From assembly GCA_035221665.1 (NCBI GenBank), contig CM069165.1:17050001-17114000 (forward strand): a stretch of 64,000 nucleotides of DNA. The letters run 5' to 3'. Each line of letters starts with the position of its first letter. Positions within the stretch are counted from its first letter, which is position 1. The translations under genes were made by a program, and so were the position numbers. Origin of the DNA: Okamejei kenojei (Eukaryota). The notes below the pieces were generated by a model. That model saw nothing but the letters and a program-made list of their open reading frames with translations, ran no database searches and was not told where the DNA came from. Of this stretch, positions 1-11,260 are shown in pieces.

Positions 1-550
1 TTTTTGCAAAGTCTTTGACATTCCTCATTGAAAACGAGGCAGTGGGAGTTGTGAATAGTCAGGAGAATCATGTTATTAGCACCATCAATGTGGTTACATG
101 CATTTTTATAGTGCATTCTACAATTTTAGAGTGCACTCACACTTTTAATGTAGGACTACACAGTCATGTGCTTTGCTGCCCACAGCAGCAGTATGGAGTT
201 TGTAAATAGACTGGTTGAGGAGAAGTGAACTGGCCTGGAGAAAGATGAAACATGGCTATTTGCGAGGCTAGGAAAAGGAAATACAGTAAATACAGCAGAT
301 TTGCATTTGAAAAACAAGTTTCAGTTCCGATTAATTTATTGTCATATATACCAGAATATAATGAAATCCCTTGACCACAAGCAACTCAGAGTAAATGGTA
401 TACTTAGAGTAATGAATGACAGATGCTAAACAGTTTTGTAGGGTCTCAAAATATATTGGGTTTGAACCCATATTCTGCAACAGTTCCCTTATGAAGAGTT
501 GACGACTATAAGGCATAAGGTATAGTTTCAGATGGGGTTTATATGAGTAG

Positions 551-1380
551 AGAAACATAGAAACATAGAAACATAGAAATTAGGTGCAGGAGTAGGCCAT
601 TCAGCCCTTCGAGCCTGCACCGCCATTCAATATGATCATGGCTGATCATCCAACTCAGTATCCCGTACCTGCCTTCTCTCCATACCCTCTGATCCCCTTA
701 GCCACAAGGGCCACATCCAACTCACTCTTAAATATAGCCAATGAACTGGCCTCAACTACCCTCTGTGGCAGAGAGTTCCAGAGACTCACCACTCTCTGTG
801 TGAAAAAAGTCTTTCTCATCTCGGTCTTAAAGGATTTCCCCCTTATCCTTAAGCTGTGACCCCTTGTCCTGGACTTCCCCAACATCGGGAACAATCTTCC
901 TGCATCTAGCCTGTCCAACCCCTTAAGAATTTTGTAAGTTTCTATAAGATCCCCTCTTAATCTCCTAAATTCCAGAGAGTGTAAACCGAGTCTATCCAGT
1001 CTTTCTTCATAAGACAGTCCTGACATCCCAGGAATCAGTCTGGTGAACCTTCTCTGCACTCCCTCTATGGCAATAATGTCCTTCCTCAGATTTGGAGACC
1101 AAAACTGCACGCAATACTCCAGGTGTGGTCTCACCAAGACCCTGTACAACTGAAGTAGAACCTCCCTGCTCCTGTACTCAAATCCTTTTGCTATGAAAGC
1201 TAACATACCATTCGCTTTTTTCACTGCCTGCTGCACCTGCATGCCTACTTTCAATGACTGGTGTACCATGACACCCACGTCTCGCTGCATCTCCCCTTTT
1301 CCTAATCGGCCACCATTTAAATAATAGTCTGCTTTCCTGTTTTTGCCACCAAAGTGGATAACCTCACATTTATCCACATA
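551..1380 (-). mobile_element. CR1/HER1-type LINE, 5'-truncated, young (C-terminal part of ORF2 still open)
   Basis: ORF 655-1503 contains DKCEVIHFG...LYRVLVRPHLEYCVQFWSP...LRGDLIETYKI...FFTQRVVSLWNSLP, typical of the CR1 ORF2 C-terminus; 3' (TTTCTATG)n tail at 551-578. Confidence 0.95.
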
Positions 1381-2269
1381 GAGAGGATTCCCCCGGTGAA
1401 GTTTTCTGAAGGGTAGCTGGGAAGATACTTTGAGAATATCTTTAACTACTTCTGGAGCACACACTAATATTGTGGTTTTGCAAAATGTCCAGATCCCAAA
1501 CAAATATATTCGCTATAACAGTATTTGTGTGCGTGCTGATGTTTTTTTTTTCACTAACATTTGGGAGCGTTTTTGTATGCAAAATGTTTTTGTATGAGAA
1601 TTGTTTTGTTTGCTGTCAACCTTTGAATGTGAATCCTTTTAAGTTTAAAGTGTTGTTTATCAACCTTGGACATATTTGAGAATTTTGCTGAAGATTTAGA
1701 GATGGGTGGCAAGTGCTAATACGAACAGAAAATGCTTGGAACACTCAGCAGCTCAGACAATACACGTGGGGAAACCTTTCTTTCTCTTTCTACAGATGCT
1801 GCCTGACCTGCTGAATATATCCAGCATTGTGTTTTTATTTCAGGTTTCCAGCATTTGCAGTTTTTATTTTATTGTCATTTCTAGTGCCAGTTTTGGTTTG
1901 TGGTAGCCATTTAATGTTAGGATGTAAACTGGCAGTGTAACTGAAACACCCAGAACTGCAGATGATAAACACACGCTGCAGCATTTATTTGAAGTAGTCA
2001 GAGGGGATTGTGACTCAAGGGATTAGAGATGAATAAATGTATTTCCTCTATAATCTTCAAGGTTTAAGAAAATTGGCAGGGGTAGCAAACTTTTATTTCT
2101 GTCTTCACTGGATGTACTGCAATCTTAAGGATTTGTGTGCGATTGACTGACTGATAAGAATTTTTGCGGAAACTAATACAGACGCAGAGGTTGCAGCCTC
2201 GGGAGCATTATCAATAATTTATGTAGCAGAACAGGAGGCCATTTGGCCCTCCAAGCCAAAGCATCATTG

Positions 2270-2700
2270 TGAACAAGACACAGCATGCTGGAGTAGCTCA
2301 GTGGGTCAGCCAGCATGTCTGGTAAACATGGATCAAGACAAGTCAAGAGAGTTTATTGTCATGGATAGGTTAAGTTTCAGGTCAGAATCCCCCTGCAGAC
2401 TCATGACCTGAAATGTCGCGTATCCATGTTCTCCAGTGATGATGCCTGACCCACTGAGTTTCCCCAGCGATGATGCCTGACCCACTGAGTTTCTCCAGCG
2501 ATGATGCCTGACCCACTGAGTTTCTCCAGCGATGATGCCTGACCCACTGAGTTTCCCCAGCGATGATGCCTGACCCACTGAGTTTCCCCAGCGATGATGC
2601 CTGACCCACTGAGTTTCTCCAGCGATGCTGCCTGACCCACTGAGTTTCTCCAGCACTGCCTTTTTTGTGAAGTAGAATTTGCGGTTTCTTGTTTCTACCA
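2270..2700. mobile_element. Penelope-derived terminal fragments arranged head-to-head, hosting a minisatellite
   Basis: gctggagtagctcagtgggtcagccagcat on the left is the reverse complement of gatgctgcctgacccactgagtttctccagca on the right; the same motif ends the GIY-YIG element at 19830. Confidence 0.7.
2431..2653 (+). repeat. 31-bp minisatellite, 7 units plus a partial unit
   Basis: Unit cYccagcgatgatgcctgacccactgagttt starts at 2431, 2462, 2493, 2524, 2555, 2586 and 2617. Confidence 0.95.
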
Positions 2701-3489
2701 TTGGTGACAATCTATTTTGTTCTTCGCTCTGCTCAGGTGAATGTACATTGATTGTCAAGAAAGTACATGGGCATTTGCCTAGTTTGTGGGCGAAGTTTGG
2801 ATCTCTAAAGTCCAAAGATCCTAACCTCACACAAACTAGGCAAATGCTCAAGTAAATTCTCGTTGCTAAATTTCCATTTTAATGTTTGTTCCACCTCCAT
2901 TTTTTTTTTCAACCATTGCAGCCACCATATGCTCAGTGTTTAAACATTAACTTGGAACTTTGTACATAAGTAAATGTACTAAATATTTTAAGCATTTTAT
3001 GGAACTGGTGTTCAGTGTAACATGGATGTTGATTGCTAGTGCCATGGTTATCGTTCTGGGTTAAGAAAAGCTAAAACAGGATTTTAATGTCTCAAATAAG
3101 CAAAAAAAAAACTTCTATGATAAAGTGAAGTTTGCAAGATTTGAGCTGTGCATTTATACATGGCTGTCATATTTGAATGTTGGGCTGATTGTGTCTCATT
3201 TCTATCTGTATTCTTTGTTGAAAAGAGAATTTATATTGCAATGGCCTGTACAGGCATTTCCCAATGTGTGGATTAGGCAACTTGAGTAAACTCGCACTTC
3301 AGTAGACATTTCCCAATAGGTGGTCCTGTTTCCTGAATGACCCGTGTTATTGCAACAGGAGGATAGCAAGGGATTCTCGTCTGTTTTATGGATATAAAAG
3401 TGTCACCCGGGCCCGTTACGCTTCCAGTTTCGGGCACTGTTGGTTTTACACTGGGAAGGCATGAAGGAACAAGGGAGGTGGTGGAGAAC

Positions 3490-3700
3490 AACTCCTGGCA
3501 GAGTCACCAATATCTCCCACAAGGTGCACAAGTGAGCCCTTTTACACCGGCTGCCACACCATCTGGTTGTTGCGGCTCGCGTTGTAGCTCCTGGCTGATA
3601 GCACTTTCTTCAGGCTGCTGCCACCAACATGACGTGCTCGGTTCCTGTCGGCCGTTGCTTTGTCCACTCCTGCAATCACTACCTTCTCTTTCCACCTTGT
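3490..3700 (-). pseudogene. Degenerate linker histone H1-like fragment (copy A)
   Basis: Minus strand reads VDKATADR...SLKKVLSARSYNASRNN..QMVWQPV*KGSLV and aligns with copy B at 4020-4273. Confidence 0.55.
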
Positions 3701-3719
3701 GTAAAATGGTGTGACACCA

Positions 3720-3998
3720 TTTAAGAATAAGGAGTAAGCCATTTAGAAGGGAGACGAGGAAACAGAGAGTGGTGAGTCTGTGGAATTCTCTGCCTCAGAG
3801 GGCGGTGGAGGCAGGTTCTCTGGATACTTTCAAAAGAGAGCTAGATAGGGCTCTTAAAAATAGCGGAGTCAGGGGATATGGGGAGAAAGCAGGAATGGGG
3901 TACTGATTGGGGATGATCAGCCATGATCACATTGAATGGCGGTGCTGGCTCGAAGGGCCGAATGGCCTACTCCTGCACCTATTGTCTATTGTCTATTG
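3720..3998 (+). mobile_element. CR1 LINE 3' fragment
   Basis: gtggtgagtctgtggaattctctgcc...gaagggccgaatggcctactcctgcacct followed by a (attgtct)n tail; possible tgacac TSD at 3712 and 3997. Confidence 0.9.
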
Positions 3999-4019
3999 AC
4001 ACTGGGGTAAGGAGGCGGC

Positions 4020-4273
4020 AACGGTGGAGAGGGGAGTGGCGCAGTCAACAAAGCGACAGCCGATAGGAAGAAGCGGCGGCTAGTGAGAGATGAGGGAGCC
4101 CCCCAGTGACTGAGCGTGTCCTGTCTGTCGAAACAGCCTGAAGAAAGTACTGTAGACCAGTGGCTACAATGCGAGTCACAACAACAGCCGAGTTAATCGG
4201 ATGTTGCGGCAGCTGGTGAAGAAAGGCTTACTGGTACAGACCAGAGGCATTGGCATCTAGGTTTAAGGTGAAA
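4020..4273 (+). pseudogene. Degenerate linker histone H1-like fragment (copy B)
   Basis: 4135-4260 translates SLKKVL*TSGYNASHNNSRVNRMLRQLVKKGLLVQTRGIG, matching the H1 globular domain (LKKAL..GYDV.KNNSRIK..LK.LV.KG.LVQTKGTG); upstream PPVTERVL in another frame; stop codon and frameshifts present. Confidence 0.7.
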
Positions 4274-6429
4274 TAACACAGAATGCTAATTCTGTCAGAA
4301 GAAGCACCCCTGATGCTACCTAACCTGCTGAAGCACTCCAGCACTGTTGTTGTGTCTATTGACTAGCAGCTGTGCTTCTTAAACTCTCAAGCTGAAGCTC
4401 CACCAAGTTTTAAGGTGATTTCAACCTTTGTAAAATGTCACTTGCATATGGGTTTTAGGAAAGTAACCCTTGTGTAAATCTGGGAGTGTCTGTATGGAAA
4501 TCAGGTAGGTACTAATGCGACATGCATGGGTAAAACTCAATGGTTCACATCACCGCAGTAGCGTAATTAAGTCTTTATATGGATTGGTTTAAGAAAACCC
4601 TGTCAACAAATGTGTGCGCCGGTTTATGGTGTTTGGCTGGAATAAGTAGCTTCATCCCACGAGCAGACCCTGTCAGTGTGACAAATGGACGTGTCAGTGC
4701 TGAAGCTGTAAGCCTGTGACAGAGCAAAACGGGCTGCATTTTTCCGTCAATTACCAGCAGTCCAGCGAGCAAACTTTTGACCTTGTCAGAACTGATGGTG
4801 TTAGCCTAAAATTTTGGAATTCGAATCTTGGGCAGCTTGTATCAGCAAGGTGGCAGTATGGAAGTTCAGTTCCAGAGGCTCAATGATTCAACCTGCAGCA
4901 ATTTGCCAAGGAACAATTGTCATGTAAAATGTACTCCTTTGTCGCAGGAGGTAATTTAAAACTGAAGTAGATAGATGAAGGTGTTGAATCTCAGGAATTT
5001 TTTACCAACGAGGGCTGTGGAGGGGTCGCGCATTAGCAGTATTTAAAGTGGAGATGGATGTCTTTTTAATCAGGGAATTAATGAGGCTATGTTCACATTG
5101 ATTGAAGCACCAAGTAATCTACTCCTGTTCTTATTTCCTGTGTTCCTGAAAAGCACACGTTTCACAATGGTTACTTTGGTCTCGGGTCAGCAAAGGAATG
5201 CTCGGAACATCTAGCCCAGCTTTAACTTTAGCTGCAAATCATTGATTCTCACAAATTAAATCTTTCTAAAGTGCATTGATCACTCTGACATCCATAAAGC
5301 AGTAGCTGGTAACTGTATATGATCCCAAAAGAATGGTGGCAAGTTAATTTATTTTGTGTTGTTTGAGGGAAAAATGACCGGTTATGTCATCTAATGTGAG
5401 ATCTTTGGTATCTGCCAAAACCAGCTTCATTTAAAAAAAAATCCATGTGGTGTGCCAATCTGTAATATAGAGTGTGCAATTTGCCACAGAGCTGGCTGTC
5501 AAAAAGAACTGTTTAAAATGCTGGTGTAGTGCATGAGTCTGCAATTTTCTGAACTTGGAACGGCATCAAGCCACTCAGTGTCACATGTGATAAGGGGCAG
5601 GACAAATATGTCTGTCCTAACCTCCTGCCCCCTCCATATAACAGCAGGAACAATTTATTAAGAACACCACATACTGCTCAAATGCCACTTTCCCTTCAGT
5701 TCCTGTTGAGTTGTCACCATTCCTGAGAAGGAAGTGTTTAAACTCTATTGAAACCATAAATTTGTGACCTGAAGTTACTGAACATTTCCTGACGCATGCC
5801 CCATATGTACATTGAGCATTGTATCCCACTCCTCAAATAGACATTATCAACCATCATACATTATATCACTCGTTGAAATGAGGTCACCAAATAACCAAAC
5901 TTATTTTGACAAATTCTTGTGTATACTGTATGCGGAGCCACTGTAAATTAAAGCTGTCAAATCAATCTGCAACACTGAGCAGTTAGTAACCTAATTTATC
6001 TCCTTGCAACATAGGAGGCCATTTTGACCCATCTTGTTTATGCTAACGTGGAGCAATCATACACTCCAAATGTCCCTATAACCTATTCTCTCCACGTTCC
6101 CATCAATACCCACTGATATTAGAGAGCAATTTACAGTGCTGTATTAACATATCAACCGATGGAATGCGAGAAAAGCAGCAAACTTGGGGACCCCCTCTTT
6201 GTCGAGGGGAGAACATACAAATGCACAGATAACACACTGAGGTTCAAAATTTCAAAATTGACAGTTATTGGAGCTGCGAAGAGCAGCTCTACAAGCTGCA
6301 TAAATATCTAGTTGAGTTTGCCATTGGCACAATATGCCACTATAACAATGCTTGGCATGACCTGGCATCCAAATGGCAATTTCTTTGCTAATCAGGAAAT
6401 AGTTATTTTGGTATTACTATAATAATTGG

Positions 6430-6740
6430 GTAAATGCACAGTCTTTTTACCAGAGTAGGATGATCAATACCAAGGGGAGGTAGGTTTAAGGCAAGAGGGC
6501 AAAGATTGAGTAGGTTTCTGAGGAACATCCTTTTCCCACAGACCCGGCTGGGAATATGGAACAAGCGCCATAGGAGGTAGTTGAGGCAGGTCCCGTAACA
6601 TTTAAAAGACACTTGGACAGTACATGGATATGAAAGGTTTAGAGGGCTATGGGCCAAACGCGAGTAGATGGGGCGAGTGCAGATGAATGGGCATGTTGGG
6701 CCGAAGGGCCTGTTTCTGTGATGTATTATTTTGACTACTT
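6430..6740 (+). mobile_element. Old CR1 LINE 3' fragment
   Basis: aggtttaagg...ttaaaagacacttggacag...gggccgaagggcctgtttctgtg CR1 3' UTR. Confidence 0.8.
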
Positions 6741-7285
6741 TGTTCTAACAATACTCCAAAGTGCTTTTACTTCATGTCTTCGGTAATAAGCGACATGTCT
6801 GTGGGATAAAGAATAATAAATTATCTGTTGCAATTAAATGATCCATGTTGCTTGCATTTTATGTGGTGAATCTGAGGCAAGCAGTAGTTAAATGCAGTCC
6901 AGTCCTGCTTTCCTCAAATTTATGTCATCATAAACACATGATAGGATTAAACTTTATTGTCATTCAGACCTTTTCGGTCTGAACGATTAGATCACAGTGA
7001 GTTCACCAGATACCTCCTCACTGTGGTATTAGAGTCTCTGTATTTTTCCCTCCTTGTTCTCCCTCTGCGCTTCCAGGCCTCTGCCGTCCACCAAAATTGA
7101 AAAGCCAGGTTCGCCGCGGTCTGCAGCCCCGAAGTCACCGCAGCTCCGAAAGGTCGTCGCTGAAGCTCCGAAAGCCATGCCGCCGCTGCTGCCATAGCTC
7201 CGAGGCAGCCAGCTCCGCCATTAGGGCCTCAGCACAGACGGAGACTGTGACGGGGGATACGACAAGAAAAGTCGCATTCCCCCGA

Positions 7286-7485
7286 NNNNNNNNNNNNNNN
7301 NNNNNNNNNNNNNNNNNNNNNNNNNNNNNNNNNNNNNNNNNNNNNNNNNNNNNNNNNNNNNNNNNNNNNNNNNNNNNNNNNNNNNNNNNNNNNNNNNNNN
7401 NNNNNNNNNNNNNNNNNNNNNNNNNNNNNNNNNNNNNNNNNNNNNNNNNNNNNNNNNNNNNNNNNNNNNNNNNNNNNNNNNNNNN
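7286..7485. other. Assembly gap (200 N)
   Basis: Run of exactly 200 N. Confidence 0.99.
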
Positions 7486-7728
7486 GTGAGCTGCCACTTC
7501 CGGCCCTCCTCCGACAACAGCAAACCTGTAATGATGCCATTTAAAAGTAATAAAAATATATACTTGTGGAAAATGCTATTGCTGTCCTCTGTCACCAACA
7601 AATTAAAAATAGTGAACACTTTTTGCCGAGTGCAGAGTTTATTAAAAATCTTGACATTGGGTGAAAGTTGCCCAAATTGTAGGTTGCAGACACACTGATA
7701 CATGGTCTGGCACCCACTCATTCTTGCT

Positions 7729-7959
7729 AGACAAAAATGCTGGAGACACTCAGCGGGTGAGGCATCATCTACGAAGCGAAGGAAATAGGCAAAGTTTCGG
7801 GTCTAAACCCTTCTCCAGACTGATGTGGGAGGGGGGCGAAGAACGTTGACCCGAAGCGTTGCCTATTTCATTCGAGGCATAGATGCTGCCTCGCCCGCTG
7901 AGTTTCTCCAGCATTTTTGTCTACCTTCGATTTTCCAACATCTGCAGTTCCATCTTAAA
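7729..7959. mobile_element. Penelope-derived fold-back element with 14-bp TSD
   Basis: Inverted arms agacaaaaatgctggag... and ...ctccagcatttttgtct; TSD cactcattcttgct at 7715-7728 and 7960-7973. Confidence 0.85.
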
Positions 7960-10119
7960 CACTCATTCTTGCTGATCAATTCAACAAAGGTCACTTTAAA
8001 GCCATCATTTAACTACTTAAAGGAAAGTAATGCTGATGCTGAAAACCTGAAATAACCAAGTAGAACAAAACAGAAAATCTATATTAACATTTGTATTAAC
8101 AGCTTTGGGTGAAGCGCCAAAAGGTAATGATGTGGCTTAATTCTATCATTTTTAGAGGCCATTGAAGGCATTGTGGCGATGTTTGGTTTTGCATGGGGAT
8201 TAACATTTTTGCCTGCATTTTGGGGATCATTACAAGTGCAAACAGTTTGGACTCATGGCTTTCATGGAGAGGTTTTCTAATATAAAGGACAGAAGTTGCT
8301 GTTGCCCAATGTTAGGGTAACAATTTTATTTTGTCCCAGCCTTTCAGTAAAATTTTAGGATTGCATCCCGCCATACCTTTTGTTTCGGGCAATGGTTTAA
8401 AGAATTTGTAAGTCATCCAGGAACTGAACAATGTTCTTCAGAGGAGATGGTTTGGATAGGAAGAGAAATCATTAAAACAATTTGCATTTGTTTTGTCTCT
8501 GTCATGATGGAGCATTTTACAGTCAGTGAAGACCTTTTTGAAGCGTTGTCACATTGTAATATAGGAAATGTGACAGCCAATTTGCACACAGCAAGTGTGA
8601 TAATGAGCAGAGGGCGTTATTGTGATGATAATTTGAAGGGTCAATTTTGACCAGCACAGTAGGGAATTAGCCCAGGGGCTCTTTGAGATGATGCCGAGGT
8701 GTTTTTGTGCAACTGAGAGAGCAATGATGTGAATAACAGGATATGTGGATACTGGAGAAAGGGGGATGCATGAATGCACTCAAGATGGCCAACTTGCTAC
8801 AACTTTCAAAATGCAGGATTGGAGATTCGATGGTGGTTAATTGTAATATTGAGAAAGTAGTGTAAACATGTTTAATGTCCATTGCTTTAACATGGAAATG
8901 AAAAAGTGTCCTAAATATTTACAACATATATGTTAATACTCAGTGAAATGTTCAGTTGGAGTATTAGTTTTAATATTTAAGAAAGATGGCAAAAATATGT
9001 CAAATGGTACTAAGGAAAATGGAAAAACTGAAATAGTGTAACCGTAGATATTTTCAAGGGAGGTGTTCACACAGAGAATATTTTTGATAAAGAAAATTGA
9101 TTTGAGTAGTATGATTGTCTATAACCACAGGGGACAGTATTAAAGTATTTTTTTCTTTACAACACTTGACATGGAGTCATTTTCATATGCAGCAAACAAT
9201 GAAGGCGGAAAAACAGTGAAAGCAAAGTTGGTATTTTTAAGAGTTTTGAATAAAAACGTTTATTTGGCTCTCTGCGCACAGCCCCGATTGGAAACATAAC
9301 CTATTCATTCTCCAGAGATGCTGCCGGACCCTCTGAGATAACCAGTTTGATCTGATTGGGTAGAAAAACAAAGCTTTTCACTGTATCTCGGTACATGGGA
9401 CAATAATAAAACTAAACCTAAACACCACCTATTGTGCACAAGCTATCAATGTGTGAATTCAAATGTAACGGAATCAATAATTCCATCATGTTAATCTAAA
9501 ATGAAAAAGCAGTGTTCTTGGCTAATGAATTTAAATGTTGCAGTTCCGATGGCTCCTTAGATTTCGATTAAATTTATTTTCTTATAGTTCATGTTACTTC
9601 ATTGACATGTGAGTACATGTCAGAAATCATTTTGATTTCTTAGAATGGCCACTTCAAATTCCTGGGCATTAAAAACTTAGATTTGTCCTGGGCCAAGCAT
9701 GTAGATGTAATGATGAAGCATGTTGGCACCTCTACTTATAAAGTTTGGCATTTTTCTGAACACTTACAAGTTTCAACAGCTGCACTATAGAGGTATCCTG
9801 ACTGGTTCCATCATGGAGGGCTAGGCTATTCCAATGCACAAGAGCGCATGATCATGTTGTGTGCTGCCCTCCTCTATTGGGGTGTGGTGCTGCCTCAAGG
9901 ATGTGGCATTTATCATCAAGGATCCCCACTATCTGAGCCATGCCTCTGTCTTACTGTTACCATCGGGCAGGTGATGCAGAAGCCTGAAGCACCACATCAG
10001 GTTCAGGAACAGATACTTCCCATAATATTACATTGAACCTGTTTATCCCTATTCCAACCTTGACAACAGAAGGCCACAGTCAACCTCTTGCATTAACATG
10101 GACTTTTATTCTTATGTTC

Positions 10120-10540
10120 AAATAGGCATTCAGCCCATCGAGACTACTCTGCCATGGCTTGTCTACCTTTCCCTCTCAACCCCATTCTACTTCCTTCTCC
10201 CCATAACCCCTGACGCACTTACTAATCAGGAATCTGGCAATCTCCGCCTTAAAAATATCCATTGGCGGACTCCAGCCATCTGTGGCAATTAATTCCACGG
10301 ATTCACCACCCTCTGACTAAAGTAACTCTTCCTCTTTTATCTTTCATCTTTTCTAAAGGTACGTCCTTTTATTCTGAGGCTATGGCCTCCAGTCCCACAC
10401 TCTCCCACAAGTGAAAACATCCTTTCCACATTCATTCTATCCAGGCCTTTCATTATTTGGTAAGTTTCAATGAAGTCCTTCCCCTCATCCTTCTAAACTC
10501 CAGCAAGTACAAGCCAAGTGCCTTCAAACACTTGTCATAT
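10120..10540 (-). mobile_element. CR1 LINE 3' fragment
   Basis: aattccacggattcaccaccctctgac...ccctcatccttctaaactccagc. Confidence 0.85.
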
Positions 10541-10914
10541 TATTCTATTTATATTTTGCAGCAATTTTGTTTTTGGCAGTCTTTTAGAGATGTAGTGTAA
10601 TTTATATATAATTAGTTTTTATGTTTCCCTGAGTCTTTGACAGCTGTTACTAGTAAGTTTTTTTCATTTTACATGCACCTCACTGCTTGTTCAAATGACA
10701 ATAGACTCAAATTGATTTTGTTGAATGTCATCCTTCTGGTCAAATTATTATACACAGATTAGATTGGCATGGTAAGCCAGTGCCTGCAACAAACTTAAAT
10801 GGGGGAAAAGTAACGTGATCCTGAAATGTAATGCATGTGCAAAAGGAGGTTGTTAAGATAACAAATATCAGTTTCCTCTATAAGTGAAGCACTGCGTCAT
10901 CAAAACATGGCGGT

Positions 10915-11260
10915 TCATAAGTGCATGAGTAATAGGAGCAGAAATAAGCCATTTGGCCCATCAAGTTTACTTTGCCATTCAATCATGGCTGTTCTATTTC
11001 CTAACCCCATTCTCCTGTCTTCTCTCCGTAACCCCTGACACCTGTGCTAATCAAAAATCAATCTGTTTCTGCCTTAAAAGTATCCATTGACTTGGCCTCC
11101 ACAGCCTTTTGTGGTAATGAATTCCACAGGTTCACCACCCTCTGACGAAATAAATTCCTCCACCATCCTAAAGGAACATCCTTTAATTCTGAGGCTATGA
11201 CCTCTGATCCTAGACTCTCCCACTGGTGGAAACGTCCACTCTATCCAGGCCTTTCCAAGT
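10915..11260 (-). mobile_element. CR1 LINE 3' fragment
   Basis: ataggagcagaaataagccatttggccc...gaattccacaggttcaccaccctctgac. Confidence 0.85.

Noticed and set aside
655-1503. 282-aa ORF as a host gene
   Set aside because: It is the CR1 ORF2 C-terminus fused by chance to flanking sequence.
2431-2653. CRISPR-like regular repeats
   Set aside because: The units are contiguous with no unique spacers, the context is eukaryotic, and the unit derives from a Penelope terminus.
7486-7492. gtgagct right after the gap as the donor of a hidden exon
   Set aside because: It cannot be evaluated, and the flanks look like repeat sequence.
7097-7721. Long ORFs spanning 7100-7700
   Set aside because: They are artefacts of translating through the N gap.
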